64,000 nt of DNA from the human T2T-CHM13v2.0 reference genome, Homo sapiens (GCA_009914755.4 CP086569.2:1248001-1312000), one strand, 5' to 3'. Positions 1 through 14,246 are shown, counted from the first letter of the stretch. Notes: generated from the letters alone by a model not told the origin. A program made the numbers and translations.

Positions 1-81
1 TTGGTCTTTGAATTGTAACTTTGGAGAACCTCCCCGCCACTACCGAATTCCCCAAAGTCCAGTGTACCATGTAGGATTTCA

Positions 82-451
<370 letters not shown>

Positions 452-725
452 TCAGGAGTGAAAATACATCCAAGAGTGAATGAAGCAGTGACCACAGCTC
501 CAGGCAGGAACTCGGAGCCCAGGTCCCCGTGGGTCGAGGCTGTTTTGTGGAGGGTGTGCAGGACCCACAGGGCTGATGGTGGAAGGTCCTGCTTTGCCAC
601 TTGCCTCTGGGCCGAGTCACGTGACCAAGACGAGGGCTCACGGAGCTTTCCTGATCTCTGATATCATCGGGACACAAATGAGGGTTTCTACCTGGCCAAG
701 TGCAGAGATGTAGAGTCTGCCTTTC

Positions 726-1001
726 GGGCCAGGAGCGGTGGCTCATACCTGTCGTCCCACCATGTTCGGAGGCTTAGGTGGGCGGATCATTTGAGTCCAG
801 GAGCTCGAGAGCAGCCAGGTAGGTAAACATGGTGAAACCCCATCTCCACTAAAAATACTAAAATCAGCCGGGTGTGGTGGCGCATGCCTGTAGCCCCAGC
901 TACTTGGGAGGCTGAGGCAGGAGAATTGCTTGAACCTGGGAGGCAGAGGTTGCACCACTGTACTCCAGCCTGGGCGAGAGCGAGACTCCATCTCAAAAAA
1001 C
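726..1001 (+). mobile_element. Alu (sense).
   Basis: 'ggccaggagcggtggctcatacctg...tactccagcctgggcgagagcgagactccatctcaaaaaa'. Confidence 0.9.
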
Positions 1002-1937
1002 AGATTCTTTTTACTATGGCTGGGATTTCTGGAGAGCACGGGAGAGCCGGCTCTGGAACCCCAGGGCTGTAGTCTCTGTGGCCCTGCCGTGCGCTGACAC
1101 CAAGGCCCAAGGTTCGGCCCGGTAGAGATTCAACACGGCTTTTCTTGCCCCGCAATGAATGTTTGAGCAGAAAGAGCTTGAAGGAAGCTGTCGTGCCTCG
1201 CGGTGGGTACCCCTTGTGGTGGATTCTCACGGGTGAACCCGCGGACACACAGCTGCCACTCTGGGGACCCCGAGCGACTCCACTGTTCATGCTGGAATGG
1301 GGGCTGGAGTGGCCCTCGGGAGCTACAGGAGGTGGAGAGGAACGCAGGGTGTCACGCCTGTTTCAGTTTCCCCAAGATTCACGCTGAAAACGCCCCTCTC
1401 CCAAGTGATGGCGTTGGGAAGTGGGGGTCTTTGGGAGTCATGAGGCCTCATGGATGGGATCAGTGCCCTTACAGAAAGGACTCCAGAGAGCACCCTGGCC
1501 TCATCCATCATCTGAGGACACACAGGGAGAAGGCGCCATCTAGAAGCCAGGAACTGGGTACTCACCAGAGACTGAATCTACCATACCTTGGTTTTCTGGG
1601 ACCTCCAGCCTCCAGAGCTGAGACATGAGATCATACAAATGCTCTCAGAGAGGGTACAGTAAGTGCAGGTGCCCTGGGGTCCTCCAGCATTTATCAGGGA
1701 GCCCGGCTACACTTCTGCCAGCCTTGGTTTCTACCCCCCGCCTCTTCCCAGCTGTGACCCTGCCCTCTGTGCCCCAGGGGTGCTGGGGAGGAGGCAGCAC
1801 TGCAGACCAGGAACGTGGGCCAGCCACGGGCAGAGCGTGGCCCCATCTGCGTCCCGTGGGCCCAGCGCCCATCTCCAGACCCCAGGCCGCCCTGTGGAGA
1901 GGTGCGTGGCCAGGCAGGAGGACCTCTGCGTCCTCTG

Positions 1938-1943
1938 TTTATT
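1938..1943 (-). terminator. SLC25A6: AATAAA polyadenylation signal of SLC25A6 (TTTATT on the plus strand), about 430 nt 3' of the stop codon.
   Basis: This is the only minus-strand AATAAA between the stop codon and position 1900. The inferred 3'UTR spans about 1920-2370 and includes a (CA)9 run at 2338-2355. Confidence 0.6.
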
Positions 1944-2370
1944 GTTTTGCAGCAGGAGGCCCAACATAGAACATACTCGCCAGTACTCGGCTGTGCAAAA
2001 CAGGGGCTAGCGCTGAAGTACAAATGGGAAAACGTGATTCTTTTGTTTTAAATAAATACTTAGAACACGACTTGGCTCCTACAAGCATCTGGACTCTAGG
2101 TCTCAGTACTGGAGTGTCTCACCCATGGGCCCCACGCAGGGACGCCACGGTTCCCTCCCACCCCGTGATCAAGACACGGAATCGGCTGCCGATGGTTGGA
2201 TCGCAATGCGCCCCTTTTCTAGAGCCTTCCCCGGCCATCTACAGGCAGGATGCGGCTGGGAAAAAGACAACTGGAATTTCTCGAAGGTTGATGGTCCGCA
2301 CGGTTGAGGATTCTACGTGGTTCTCTTGGTTCCCCTGGTGTGTGTGTGTGTGTGGAGGAGGCCGCGGCCC

Positions 2371-2528
2371 TTAGATCACCTTCTTGAGCTCGTCGTACAG
2401 GACCAGCACGAAGGCGCCCCCCATGCCCCGCAGGACGTTGGACCACGCACCCTTGAAGAAGGCCTTGCCCCCCTCATCTCTGAAGATCTTCCTCCAACAG
2501 TCGACGGTGCCCGTGTACATGATGTCAG
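2371..2528 (-). CDS. SLC25A6: SLC25A6 exon 4 coding part ([52 protein letters not shown]) plus the TAA stop at 2371-2373. The acceptor is cgttgcag|CTGACATC.
   Basis: ORFs 2219..2446(-) and 2376..2684(-) cover this exon. Reverse-complementing 2374-2528 gives the conserved ANT C-terminus. Confidence 0.93.
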
Positions 2529-2940
2529 CTGCAACGACAGGGAGACAGTGAGGGCCTCGCCGCCAAGCTCTTCAAGACACGGACGCCACCTGCACCCACA
2601 AAGACGTTTCACAGAAATAACACCCCAGACGCCTGAGCCACAGTTCTGATTACAGGAGGGATACCTGAGGCTCCCCCAGCTCAAGCCCTCCTCCTAAGCC
2701 ACTGTCTCAGGGAGGGCTGGACACAGGACTTCAGGCCCCGCCCTGGGTGTCCCCCATCTCCACCCCGGGGTCCATGCAGAGAAGGCAGGATCGAGGGTGT
2801 GGGTGCAACCAGAGGTTCTAGGAGGCGGGGATTTAGAAACTGCCGCCCGGACCATGAAACCCCAAAAAGATCAGAAGCCCATCGTTCAGGAAAATCCTTC
2901 CACACAGCCAGGTTACTTTCGGACACACTTGCTTGTCTCA

Positions 2941-3264
<324 letters not shown>

Positions 3265-3479
3265 TCACGGCCCCCTGAGGTGGTGCCGAGCTCTTCCGAG
3301 ACCACCAGTGCCCCCTCCACGTGGCTGCTCAGTGCCAGCTGACGTTTACAACACGAGAGGTCGGGGCAGGGCCAGAGGGGAAAAGGCCGCCTGCCACCTA
3401 CCGGAGCCCAGCAAGACAGTCCCAGAGGCCGGGGTTAGGCCTGTTTGGGGAAGGGAATAGGGCCCTGACCTTCTGAAGG

Positions 3480-4920
3480 GTCACCGTTACTATGGGAGTT
3501 ACACTCTGTCCTCAAAATCCACATGCTGAAGTCCCACCCCCACCCCAGGACCTCAGAATGCAACTGTACTTGGATATAAGGTCTTGAAAGAGGTTAGACT
3601 AAAGGAGGCCAGTAGGGTGGGCCCTGATCCTACGACCCCAGTGTCCTTCTAAAAAGAGATGAGGACACAGACACACGGAGGGATGACCCTGTGAGGACAC
3701 AGGGAGAAGACGGTGTCTACAAGCCAAAAAGAGAGGCCTCAGAAGGAACCAGCCCTGCCCACTCCTTGATGTCAGACTTCCAGCCTCCAGGACTCCGGGA
3801 GAATCAATGTCTGCTGTTTGTAAGCCACCCAGTCTATAGTATTGTTTTAGGAGCCTGAAATGGACTAAGACACCTCATAAGAAGAGCAGATAAGGACACA
3901 GACACACACAGAGGGATGACCTTGTGAGGACACAGGGAGAAGACGGCGTCTACAAGCCCAGGAGAGAGGCCTCAGGAGGAACCAGCCCTGCCCCACACCT
4001 TGATCTCAGACTTCCAGACTCCAGGATTATGGAAGAATCAATGTCTGTTGTTTACAGTCCACCCACTCTATGGTATTCTGTGATAGCAGCCTCAAATGGA
4101 CTAAGACATCTCATCAGAAGAGGACACGAGGACACAGACACACACAGAGGGACGACCCTGTGAGGACACAGGGAAGACGGCGTCTCCAAGCCCAGGAGAG
4201 AGGCCTCAGGAGGAACCAGCCCTGCCCACACCTGGATCTCAGACTTCCAGCCTCCAGGACTGTGGGAGAATCAATGTCTGTTGTTTCTAAGTCACCCAGT
4301 CTATGGTGTTCTGGGATGGCAGCCTGAAATGGACTAAGACATCTCATAACAAGAGATGAGGACACAGACACACACACAGGAAAAAGCCTGAGAAGACAGC
4401 ATCTCCAAGCCCAGGAGAGAGGCCTCAGGAGGAACCAGCCCTGCCCATGCCTTGGTCTCAGACCTTCAGCCTGCAGGACTGTGGGAGAATCAATGTCTGC
4501 TGTTTACAATCCACCCAGTCTATGGTATTCTGTGATAGCAGCCTGAAATGGATTAAGACATCTCATAACAAGAGGAGATGAGGACACAGACACACACAGA
4601 GGGACGACCCCGTGAGGGCACAGGGAGAAGACGGCATCTACAAGCCTAGGAGAGAGGCCGCAGGAGGAACCAGCCCTGCCCACACCTGGATCTCAGACCT
4701 CCAGCCTCCAGGACTGTAGGAAAATCAATGTCTGTTGTTTATAGTCACCCAGTCTATGGTATTCTGTGATAGCAGCCTGAAATGGATTAAGACATCCCAT
4801 AAGAAGAGAGGATGAGGACACAGACACACACAGAGGGATGATGCTGTGAGGGCACAGGGAGAAGACGGCGTCTCCAAGTCCAGGAGAGAGGCCGCAGGAG
4901 GAACCAGCCCTGCCCACACC
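3480..4920 (+). repeat. MaLR-type (MLT1/MST-like) LTR fragment. Its 3' portion is tandemly amplified as about 5.5 copies of a unit of about 232 bp (3650-4920), inside SLC25A6 intron 2.
   Basis: The unit '...gaggacacagacacacacagagggatgaccctgtgaggacacagggagaagacggcgtctacaagcccaggagagaggcctcaggaggaaccagccctgccc...cttccagcctccaggactgtgggagaatcaatgtctgttgttt..cacccagtctatggtattctgtgatagcagcctgaaatggactaagacatctcataa' recurs at about 3650, 3882, 4115, 4350, 4562 and 4800. Confidence 0.7.
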
Positions 4921-5009
4921 TTATCTCAGACCTTCAGCCCACGGGACCCTGGGGGAACGTCTGTGTGTTGAGCCCGTCTCTGGGACTTCGCGATGGCAGC
5001 CACACGTAC

Positions 5010-5496
5010 CCTTGGCCGTATCGTACACGCCGAAGTAGGCCGCCCGGTAGATGATGATGCCCTGCACGGAGACACTGAAGCCCTGGTACAGGCCCCGGAT
5101 GCCGTCGGACTTGGTGATCTTCACCAGGCAGTCTCCCAGGCCTCGGAACTCGCGCTCTGTGCCTGACTTTCCCACGTCCGCTGCCAGGCGGGTTCTGGCG
5201 AAATCCAGCGGGTACACGAAGCAGAGGGAGGTCGCGCCGGCCGCACCGCCGGAGGCCAGGTTGCCCGCAAAGTACCTCCAGAACTGCGTGTGCTTGTCCA
5301 CGCCCCCCAGGAAGATCTGCTTGTACTTATCCTTGAAGGCGAAGTTGAGGGCTTGAGTGGGGAAGTAGCGAATGACGTTGGCAAGGTTGCCCCTCCAGAA
5401 GGACAGCACGCCCTGCTCCTTGGGGATGCGGACAATGCAGTCCACGATGCCCTTGTACTGCTTGTCGGCGGCGATCTGCTTGCTGGCGTGCTGGAC
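5010..5496 (-). CDS. SLC25A6: SLC25A6 exon 2 (487 bp, VQHASKQI...YDTAKG). The acceptor is cccccag|GTCCAG and the donor is AAG G|gtacgtg.
   Basis: ORF 4921..5541(-) contains [163 protein letters not shown]. The 487-bp length matches the canonical ANT exon 2. Confidence 0.93.
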
Positions 5497-5571
5497 CTGG
5501 GGGACGCAGAGGGTGTTCAGACCAGACCCAGGGCCAACCACCCAGAAACATCCCAGCTACAGGGTGCATCC

Positions 5572-5935
5572 TTTTTTTGACACAAGTCACTCTTGTTGCC
5601 CAAGCTGGAGTGCAATGGGGTGATCAAGTGATTCTCCTGTCTCAGCCTCCCGAGTAGCTGGGACTATAGGCGCCCACCACCACGCCCGGCTAATTTTTTT
5701 GCTTATTTAGTAGAGACGAGCGTTCCACCATGTTAGTCAGGATGGTCTCGATCTGCTGACCTCGTGAGCCACCGCACCCGGCTCTTTCTTTTTTTAAAAA
5801 GACAAGGTCTCATGCTGTTACCCGGGTTTGAGTGTAGTGGTGCGATCTCACCTCACTGCAGCCTCCAACTCCTGGATTAAGCCATCCTCCCGCCTCAGTC
5901 TCCCGAGTACCCGGGTCTACAGATGCACAACCATC
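5572..5935 (-). mobile_element. Two adjacent antisense Alu copies (5572-5782 and a 5'-fragment at 5783-5935), immediately 5' of SLC25A6 exon 2 within intron 1.
   Basis: 'tttttttgacacaagtcactcttgttgcccaagctggagtgcaatgg...gtgagccaccgcacccggc' followed by 'tttttaaaaagacaaggtctcatgctgttacccgggtttgagtgtagtggtgcgatctcacctcactgcagcctcc'. Confidence 0.85.
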
Positions 5936-6359
5936 AAGCTCCACTAAGTTGAAAAATTACTTTTAGAGATGGAGTCTTGCTACGATGACCAAGCTGCTCT
6001 CAAACTCCTGAGCTCAGGTGATCCTCCCTGGGCCTCTTGAAGCGCTGGGACATCCCGCCCTGCTAAGTTTAAAAAAATTTTTTAAGCCGGGCACAGTGGC
6101 TCATGCCTGTAATCTCAGCACTTTGGGAGGCTGAGGTGGGTGGATCACGACGTCAGGAGATCAAGAGCATCCTAACACGGTGAAACCCTGTCTCTACTAA
6201 AAATACAGAACATTAGCAAGGTGTGGTGGCAGGTGCCTGCTAGGGAGGCTGAGGCAGAATGGCGTGAACCCAGGAGGCGGAGGCTACAGTGAGCCGAGAT
6301 CGTGCCACTGCACTCCAGCCTGGGCGACAGGGAGAGACTCCATCTCAAAAAAAAAAAAA

Positions 6360-7100
6360 AGGTTTTTTTAAGATGTGGGGTCTTGCTATGTTACTCTGGC
6401 TGGTCTCAAACGATCCTCCCTGGGCCTCTCCAAGTGCTGGGACACCCCGCCCTGCTAAGTTTAAAAAATTTTCTTAGAGACGGGGTCTTGCTACGTTGCC
6501 CTGGCTGGTCTCAAACTCCTGGGCTCAAACGATCCTCCCTGGGCCTCTCCGAGTGCTGGGACACCCCGCCCTGCTAAGTTTAAAAAATTTTCTTAGAGAC
6601 GGGGTCTTGCTATGTTGCCCTGGCTGGTCTCAAACTCCTGAGCTCAAACGATCCTCCCTGGGCCTCTCCGAGTGCTGGGACACCCCGCCCTGCTAAGTTT
6701 AAAAATTTTTCTTAGAGACGGGGTCTTGCTATGTTGCCCTGGCTGGTCTCAAACTCCTGAGCTCAGGCGATCCTCCCTGGGCCTCTCAAAGTGCGGGGAC
6801 ACCCCGCCTGCTAAGTTTTAAAAATTTTCTTAGAGATGGGGTCTTGCTATGTTGTCCTGGCTGGTCTCAAACTCCCGGGACACGCCACCCTGTACTAGGT
6901 TTAAAAAATTATCTTAGAGATGCGGTCTTGCTCTGTTGCCCAGGCTGGTCTCAAACTCCTGAGCTCACGCGATCCTCTCCGGGCCTGTCAATGCACTGGG
7001 ACGTCCTGCTTCGTTAAGTTAAAATAATTTTTTTTTGAGGTGAGGTCTTGCTGTGTGGCCCCGGCTGCTCTCAAACTCCTGGCCTCAAGCAATACTCCCC
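6360..7100 (+). repeat. Alu-derived minisatellite of about 6-7 copies of a unit of about 119 bp. The unit is '(ttttcttagagacggggtcttgctatgttgccctggctggtctcaaactcctgagctcaaacgatcctccctgggcctctccgagtgctgggacaccccgccctgctaagtttaaaaaa)'.
   Basis: Near-identical units start at about 6368, 6476, 6595, 6714, 6833, 6915 and 7030. The array immediately follows a sense Alu (6087-6360). Confidence 0.8.
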
Positions 7101-7786
7101 GGGCCTCTCAAAAGCGCTGGGATCGCGGGCGTGACCTGTCCTTGCAGCCAAGCCTATTCATTCCCATCACCGAGCTGTCACTGGGAGTACAACGTTAGCA
7201 AGGACGTCCTGGCGGCAATGTTCCTAGGCATCATGCTACTTTCTATAAGCCTCTCCCAAAAGACAAAAAATGCATTGCTCTGGATCAGAATTGCACAAAT
7301 GAGCTAAGAAGGGGGTAAGAACCACCAATAACCATATCCTGGTTATTCCAGGACACCTGCGGGCAGGCTCGTTGCCCTATTGGCCTTAGAATTACCCTTC
7401 ACGGTGGAGGGAGCAAGAGCAGACACCTGCCAGGCATCCACCGGAAGGGTTGGTCCCAGCCGGGGGACCCGCAGGATTGAGCTCAAGGTCAAGGCCCGCC
7501 AGCCGCAGGGTCCGTCCATGGGCCCTGCTCAGCGCGCATGCGCCCTCCAATCCGTGCCGCATTTCCCCCCGCCCGCCGGGCCCAGTGCGCACGCGTGGAC
7601 GTCGCCACGCCCTGCAGCAGCGGTCACGTGATGCGGCCCCCGGAAGCCGGCGGCGCGTGGACAAAGCGATCGCGGCCTTCCACTTCCGGCGCCCGCCTGC
7701 AAGGCTCTGCTGCCCACGTCCCCGCCCGACCCGGCCACTCGGTTCCCGTCCCCTAGTCCCCGGAGCGGCCGCGCCCGCGTCCCCAC

Positions 7787-7897
7787 CTGCAGCAGCAGCT
7801 TGACCCGCTCGATCGGAGCCACGGCCGTCTTGGAGATGGCGGCGGCGATGCCTCCGGCCAAGAAGTCTTTGGCGAAGGAGATGGCCTGTTCCGTCAT
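7787..7897 (-). CDS. SLC25A6: SLC25A6 exon 1 coding part, ATG to LLLQ (37 codons). The donor is CAG|gtgggg at 7786-7785.
   Basis: The ORF track entry 7529..7897(-) begins [37 protein letters not shown] and then reads through into the intron (VGTRAR...). My hand count and the ORF tool disagree by 1 bp on the ATG position. Confidence 0.9.
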
Positions 7898-8350
7898 GGT
7901 GGCAGGGCGGGCAGCGGAACGGGAGGACAGCCGGAGAACGGGCGCGGAGAGTGAATGGAGGGCGTCGCTGGCTCAGCCCTGCCGCCGCCTGGACCGAAAG
8001 GACGGAGCAGCCACCGCGCAGCCGCTAAGACGCCGACGCCACGCCCACTCTCCGCCCCCGCGCCTCCTCGCGCCGCGCTCATTGGCTGCGCCGCCAGGCC
8101 CCGCCCCGCACCAGCCTGCGTGCCTCGCCTCTGAGGGCTGCCGGGAATCCCGCTGCGTCCCGCCCCGCACTCCAGCGAACCGCGCCCATTGGCTGCGCTC
8201 CCCGGAGACGTCCCGCCCCGCACCCCTAGGTATGCCGGGAGCCAGGCCCCGCCCATGCGCCGTAGGGGCCGCTGGGGGTTCCGCGGCAGCCTTGACCTTG
8301 TGAAGGTCAGGCCGCTGCCAGTACCCGAGCGGGCGGGAGGGCAGCTGCGG
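7898..8350 (-). promoter_or_regulatory. SLC25A6: TATA-less CpG-island promoter and 5'UTR of SLC25A6. It carries two minus-strand CCAAT boxes (plus-strand ATTGG at 8081-8085 and 8188-8192), each paired with Sp1-type GC boxes (CCCCGCCCC at about 8099-8107, 8155-8165 and 8211-8221).
   Basis: CpG density is very high from about 7400 to 8700. The module cattggctgcgc...cccgccccgcac appears twice as a direct repeat about 105 bp apart. No TATA box is seen. Confidence 0.7.
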
Positions 8351-8819
8351 AGTCAGAAGCCCACCCTGATGCCCAGTTCGCTCCGAGTGCGTCGTCCGCT
8401 TTCTCCCGGAGGCCGCGGCGACCCCGCCGGGATGTGCGACATGTGGTGCCCCGACCCCCGACCCTTGACCCTTGACCTCCGGGCAGCTCCGACCCTTTCA
8501 ACACTCTCCGGGGTCGTGCGTCGGGAGACCCCGGCCCCTGCCCGCGTGCACCCGGGGGGCCCCGCGCGAAGCCTGCGGCGGCTTCCACGTGGGCGCGGCT
8601 CAGTCCCGCTGCCGATCCGTGACTCCGCGCCGCCCTCCGCGCCCGGCCTAGGTTGGTGGGGGGGGGATCTCTCTGGGCCTCCGTTCTTTGACCCCGCGGT
8701 GCCCTCCGCGCCGGGGCTGGGGGTTCCGTGGGCCGCGCCCACCCGCCCGGGCTCCCCTATTTCCCCGTGTCTGTGCCCGTGTCTGCCCGGCGGGGGCTGC
8801 GGCCGGGGTCCTCCTTCGC

Positions 8820-9321
8820 GACCTCCCACTCCGCCCTTCCTCCCTCCCTCCCTCCCTCCCTCCCGCCTCCCTCCTCCCTCCCTCCCGCCTCCCTCCTCCC
8901 TCCTCCCGCCTCCTCTCCCTTCCCGGCTCTCTCCCGCCCGCCCTTTTCTCCCCGTCTCTTCCTTCCCTGCTTGCCTTTGCTTTTTGCTGCTTTCCCGCCT
9001 CCCTCCTTTTTCTCCCTCTTTCCGTCTCTGCCTTCGTTTCCCTCCCTCCCTTTTTCTTTCATTTCTCTCTCCCTTTCTCCTTCCTTTCTTGCTACCTTTC
9101 TTCCCTCTTTTTCATTTTTTTCTCCCTTCCTTTTTCTGCTTTTCTCCCTCCGCCCTTCCTCTGTTTTTTCTTTGCTCCCTCCCTCTTTTTTCTCCCTCTT
9201 TCCGTCTCTCCTTCCCTTCCTCCCTTTTCTGCCTTTCCCTCCTTCCCTCTCTTTTCCTTTTCCTCTTTATTTCCTGTCTCCCTTCCTCTCGTCCCTTTCT
9301 CCCCTCTCTCTTTTCCGTTTT

Positions 9322-9330
<9 letters not shown>
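8820..9330 (+). repeat. Polypyrimidine (CT-rich) tract of about 510 bp, of the (CCCT)n/(CTTTCC)n type, so G-rich on the minus strand.
   Basis: The stretch is almost purely C/T, for example 'ccctccctccctccctccctcccgcctccctcctccc...ctttctccttcctttcttgc'. It generates the spurious Pro/Leu/Ser-rich ORF 8189..9334. Confidence 0.85.
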
Positions 9331-10010
<680 letters not shown>

Positions 10011-10014
10011 CCCG

Positions 10015-10565
10015 CCTCCTTTTCTTTTTTCTTCTCTCCTCCGTCTTTTTCTATCCTACCTCCCTGCCTCTTTCCTCTCTCCTCCCTCCTTTTCCTTTTT
10101 CTTCTCTCCTCCCTCCCTCCTGTTTTTCTCCATCATTCCCTCTCCCTTCCTTTCTTTTTCTCCCGTTCCCCCTTTGCCTCCCTCCCCTTTTTCTTTCCTG
10201 TCTCCCTGTCTCCTTTGCTCTTTTCCTCCCTTTCTCCCGTCCCTCCCTCCCCGCCTTCCTTTTCACTTCTTTCCCTTCCCATTGCTTCCTTTGGTTTCCT
10301 GCCTTTCCATGTCTCTCCCTTTCTTTCCTGCCTTTCCCTGCCTCTCCCTTTCTTTCCTGCCTTTCCCCATCTCTCCCTTTCTTGCCTTTCCCCGTCTCTC
10401 CCTTTCTTTCCTGCCTTTCCCTGTCTCTCCTTTTCTTTCCCTCTCCTCCCACTCTCCCTCCTTCCTCCCTTCTTTTCTTTCCTCTTCTTTCCCTGTGTCT
10501 TTCTTTTTTCTTTCCTTCTCTCTTCCTTTTCTCTCCCTGTGTCTTTCTCGCTCTTGTTTTTCCTT
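10015..10565 (+). repeat. Second polypyrimidine (CT-rich) tract of about 550 bp, with a sub-periodicity of about 30 bp ('ctttctttcctgcctttccctgtctctcc').
   Basis: C/T-only sequence lying between an antisense Alu (9725-10010) and unique sequence. It generates the spurious ORFs at 9905-10654. Confidence 0.85.
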
Positions 10566-11439
10566 TCTCTCCTTTGTGTACTGAGAAAATGACAGTCCCC
10601 GGCTGTGGGTGGGCAGGAGTGACCCGCCCCAGAGAGCGGGGTCACCCTGGGTGACTCCTGGGTGCAGCTGTGAGCCCTGCCTGAGGCTTTTCCTGACCTC
10701 TGGGGAGGGCGGCTCAGCCTGGGGCTGGAGGTTGGGGCCAGCTCTGGAGGCTGGAGTGGCTGCTGGGCGGCGGGACGGGTGTCTCAGAAGTCACTGAGGC
10801 ATGGGTAGGTCTAACCTTGGGACATTGCTGTGGGGAGGGCTGTGGAGACCAAGCACATTCCTGAGGCTCTGCCAGGGCAGCGGGGGTGGACAGTGTCCCC
10901 TGAGGACCCAGGACCAAGCCAGGCTCGCTACAGGGGTCCTGGAATAGAGGACAGAGGCCAGGAGCGCTGTGGGTGCTGGGCAGGGGTGGGGAGTTTGCTG
11001 GGGAGCTGCGCCTTACAGACCTGTGTTTGTTTCCCAGCCTCAGCGAGGCCGGGCTGGACGGGGCCCTGGTGCTGGTTTTCAGTGCCTCAGCGAGGCCGGG
11101 ACCAGAGCTGCTATTTCCAGATGAGGCTGGCTCGCATCTGCTCTGGCCGGGGCTCCAGGCCTGAGCCCTGCAACACGGCGTTCCCTTTCCAAGTCTGCAA
11201 AGCCTGTCTTAGGGGAGAGAAGAAGTTTCCTTCCATGCGGGTGGGGACGGCTAACCATGTCCAGACACTGAGACCGGTGCTCTGTGTGCTCAGCCTTCAG
11301 CCTGCACTGGCTTGGTGGCTTGGTGACCCGCCAGCAGGGTGGTGCTGTCTGTGGGCTCTGCTCAAGCTCCTCTCAGAGCCAGGAGGATGCCCGCCTGCTT
11401 GGGCCTGGCTCCCAGGATGTGCTTGGCAAATGCTTCTGG

Positions 11440-12250
11440 GATGGATGGATGGATGGGTGAGTGGATAACGGATGGATGGATAATGGATAGATGGATAATG
11501 GATAGATGGATGGATGGATGGATGATGGATGGATGGATAATGAATGGGTGGGTGGATGGATGGATGTGCTCGATCGGCAAATGCTTCTGGAATGGATGGA
11601 TAATTGGATGGGTAATGGGTGGGTGGATGGATAATGGATGGATGGATGGATAATGGATGGATGGATGGATAATGGATAGATGGATGGATAATGTATAGAT
11701 GGATGGATGATGGATGGATGGATGGATAATGGGTGGATGGATGATGGATAATGGGTGGATGGATGAATAATGGATGCTTCTGGGATGGATGGATAATGAG
11801 TGGGTGGATGGATAATGAATGGGTGGATGGACAGATGGATAGATGGATATGTTTGCTTGGCAAATGATTCTAGAATGAATGGATGGATGGATAATGAATG
11901 GGTGGGTGGGTGGATGGATGGATGCACTCTGTTGGCAAATGCTTCTGGGATGGATGGATGGATAATGGATGGATAGATGGATAATCAATGAGTGGGTGGA
12001 TGGATGGATAGATGGATGTGTTTGCTTGGTAAATGATTCTGGAATGGATGGGTGGATGGATGGATGGATGCGCTCGATCGGCAAATGCTTCTGGAATGGA
12101 TGGATAATTGGATGGGTAATGGGTGGGTGGATGGATGCATGGATAGATGGATGTGCTCACTCAGCAAATGCTTCTGGAATGAATGGATGATGGATGGATG
12201 AATAGATGGATGGATGGATGAATGGATGGATGGATGGATGGATGAATGAA
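11440..12250 (+). repeat. Compound (GGAT)n/(GGGTGGATGGATAAT) minisatellite. It is periodically interrupted by a 'ggcaaatgcttctgg[ga]atgg' spacer copied from its own left flank.
   Basis: 'ggatggatggatgggtgagtggataacggatggatggataatgg...' with spacers at about 11575, 11860, 11935, 12035, 12080 and 12165. It generates the His/Pro/Ser/Ile-rich ORFs on the minus strand. Confidence 0.85.
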
Positions 12251-12598
12251 TTGCTAATTGGGGCTGTTTTTCCATACAGAGTGCTGCACGTGGGACTTAG
12301 CCTTGGACACTAACTCCTTTGCCCCTCGTATCTGGGAGGGAACAACACAGTTGCTATGCCTGACTAGGGCATGACCTGGGAGGCCTTTGGGGCCACACAG
12401 CCTCCTTGGGAAAGGAGGATCAGGTGGGCCTCACACCCAGGAATTGGAAGTGGGAGAGACAACAGCTGCTGGGTAGTGGGGGTAGAGCTGTGTCTCTCAC
12501 TGCCCTGCCCCTCCAAGGACCAAGAAGAAAGGAATGAGCCCCGATCCGCCTGCCAGGTACCCACCCATGAGAACCCCTTCTCTGCCAGCATCTGATAA

Positions 12599-13210
<612 letters not shown>

Positions 13211-13289
13211 TAATCATTGCCGAGGCTCTGCCTGTACGAAGTGTGGTCCGGGGAGGGCTGATGAGGCTGCAGGATGAGGGGGCTTGACA

Positions 13290-13585
13290 GACCCCTTTCC
13301 CCAGAAGAGGGCCCCCAAAAGGCATTGCCCCTGAAGAGGGCTCCCCAAGACCTCATCCCTGAAAAGGGACTCCCAGGGTCACCCCCCTGAAAAGGGCTCC
13401 TCAAAAGGCCCCCCGAACGGGGTCCCCCCAAGACTGCCCTCTGAAGGAGGCCCCCGAAGACTTCCCCCGTGAAGGTGCCCCCCAAGACCTGCCCCCTGGA
13501 AGAGGGCTCCCCAAGACCTCTCCCCCTAGAAGAGCCCCCTAAGACTTTTACCCTGGAAAAGGGCTCTCTGCAAAGCTTCCCTGGA
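13290..13585 (+). repeat. Minisatellite of about 28 bp in about 10 copies. The unit is 'cccctgaagagggctccccaagacctcat'.
   Basis: Visible tandem units are 'cctgaagagggctccccaagacctcatc / cctgaaaagggactcccagggtcaccc / ccctgaaaagggctcctcaaaaggcccc ...'. Confidence 0.75.
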
Positions 13586-14060
13586 CGTGCGCCTTCGAGC
13601 TGGGCAGGTAGGGAGGAGCTGTGTACTCGACATCATCCTTAGGATCTGTTGTCCTCCCGCTTCCCCTGCCCCGGCCCCCAGATGAATCCAGAGGCTGTTT
13701 TAGAGCCAGACGGACACTCCTGGTATGCACCAGACACTCATAGTGCAGTGCTCGCTGAGTAGAGGAGGAGTTAGTGGGTGAACCCGGCCCGCCAGGCTGC
13801 CCTGCACAGAATTCCAGCCTTGTCACCCCACTGGTTTTTAAATCATCACAATCCTCGGGATGTTCTGTGCATGCCACACACAGACTCTTAAGAGTCCAGA
13901 GGTCCTGTTTTTGCACAGTTACTCCAATGAATAAAAAGACGGGCTGGGCGTGGTGGCTCACGCCTGTCATCCGAGCACTTTGGGAGGCCGAGGCGGGGTG
14001 GATTGCCTGAAGTCAAGAGCTGAAGACCAGCCTGGCCAACATGGTGAAACCTCGTCTCTA

Positions 14061-14246
<186 letters not shown>

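Noticed and set aside
7855-7925. An apparent 1-bp frame discrepancy between my hand count and the ORF track around the SLC25A6 start codon (7894-7896 versus 7895-7897).
   Set aside because: It is most likely a transcription or reading error on my part at a line boundary. The ORF tool's frame is internally consistent. The coordinates I give may be off by 1 bp, but the gene call is unaffected.
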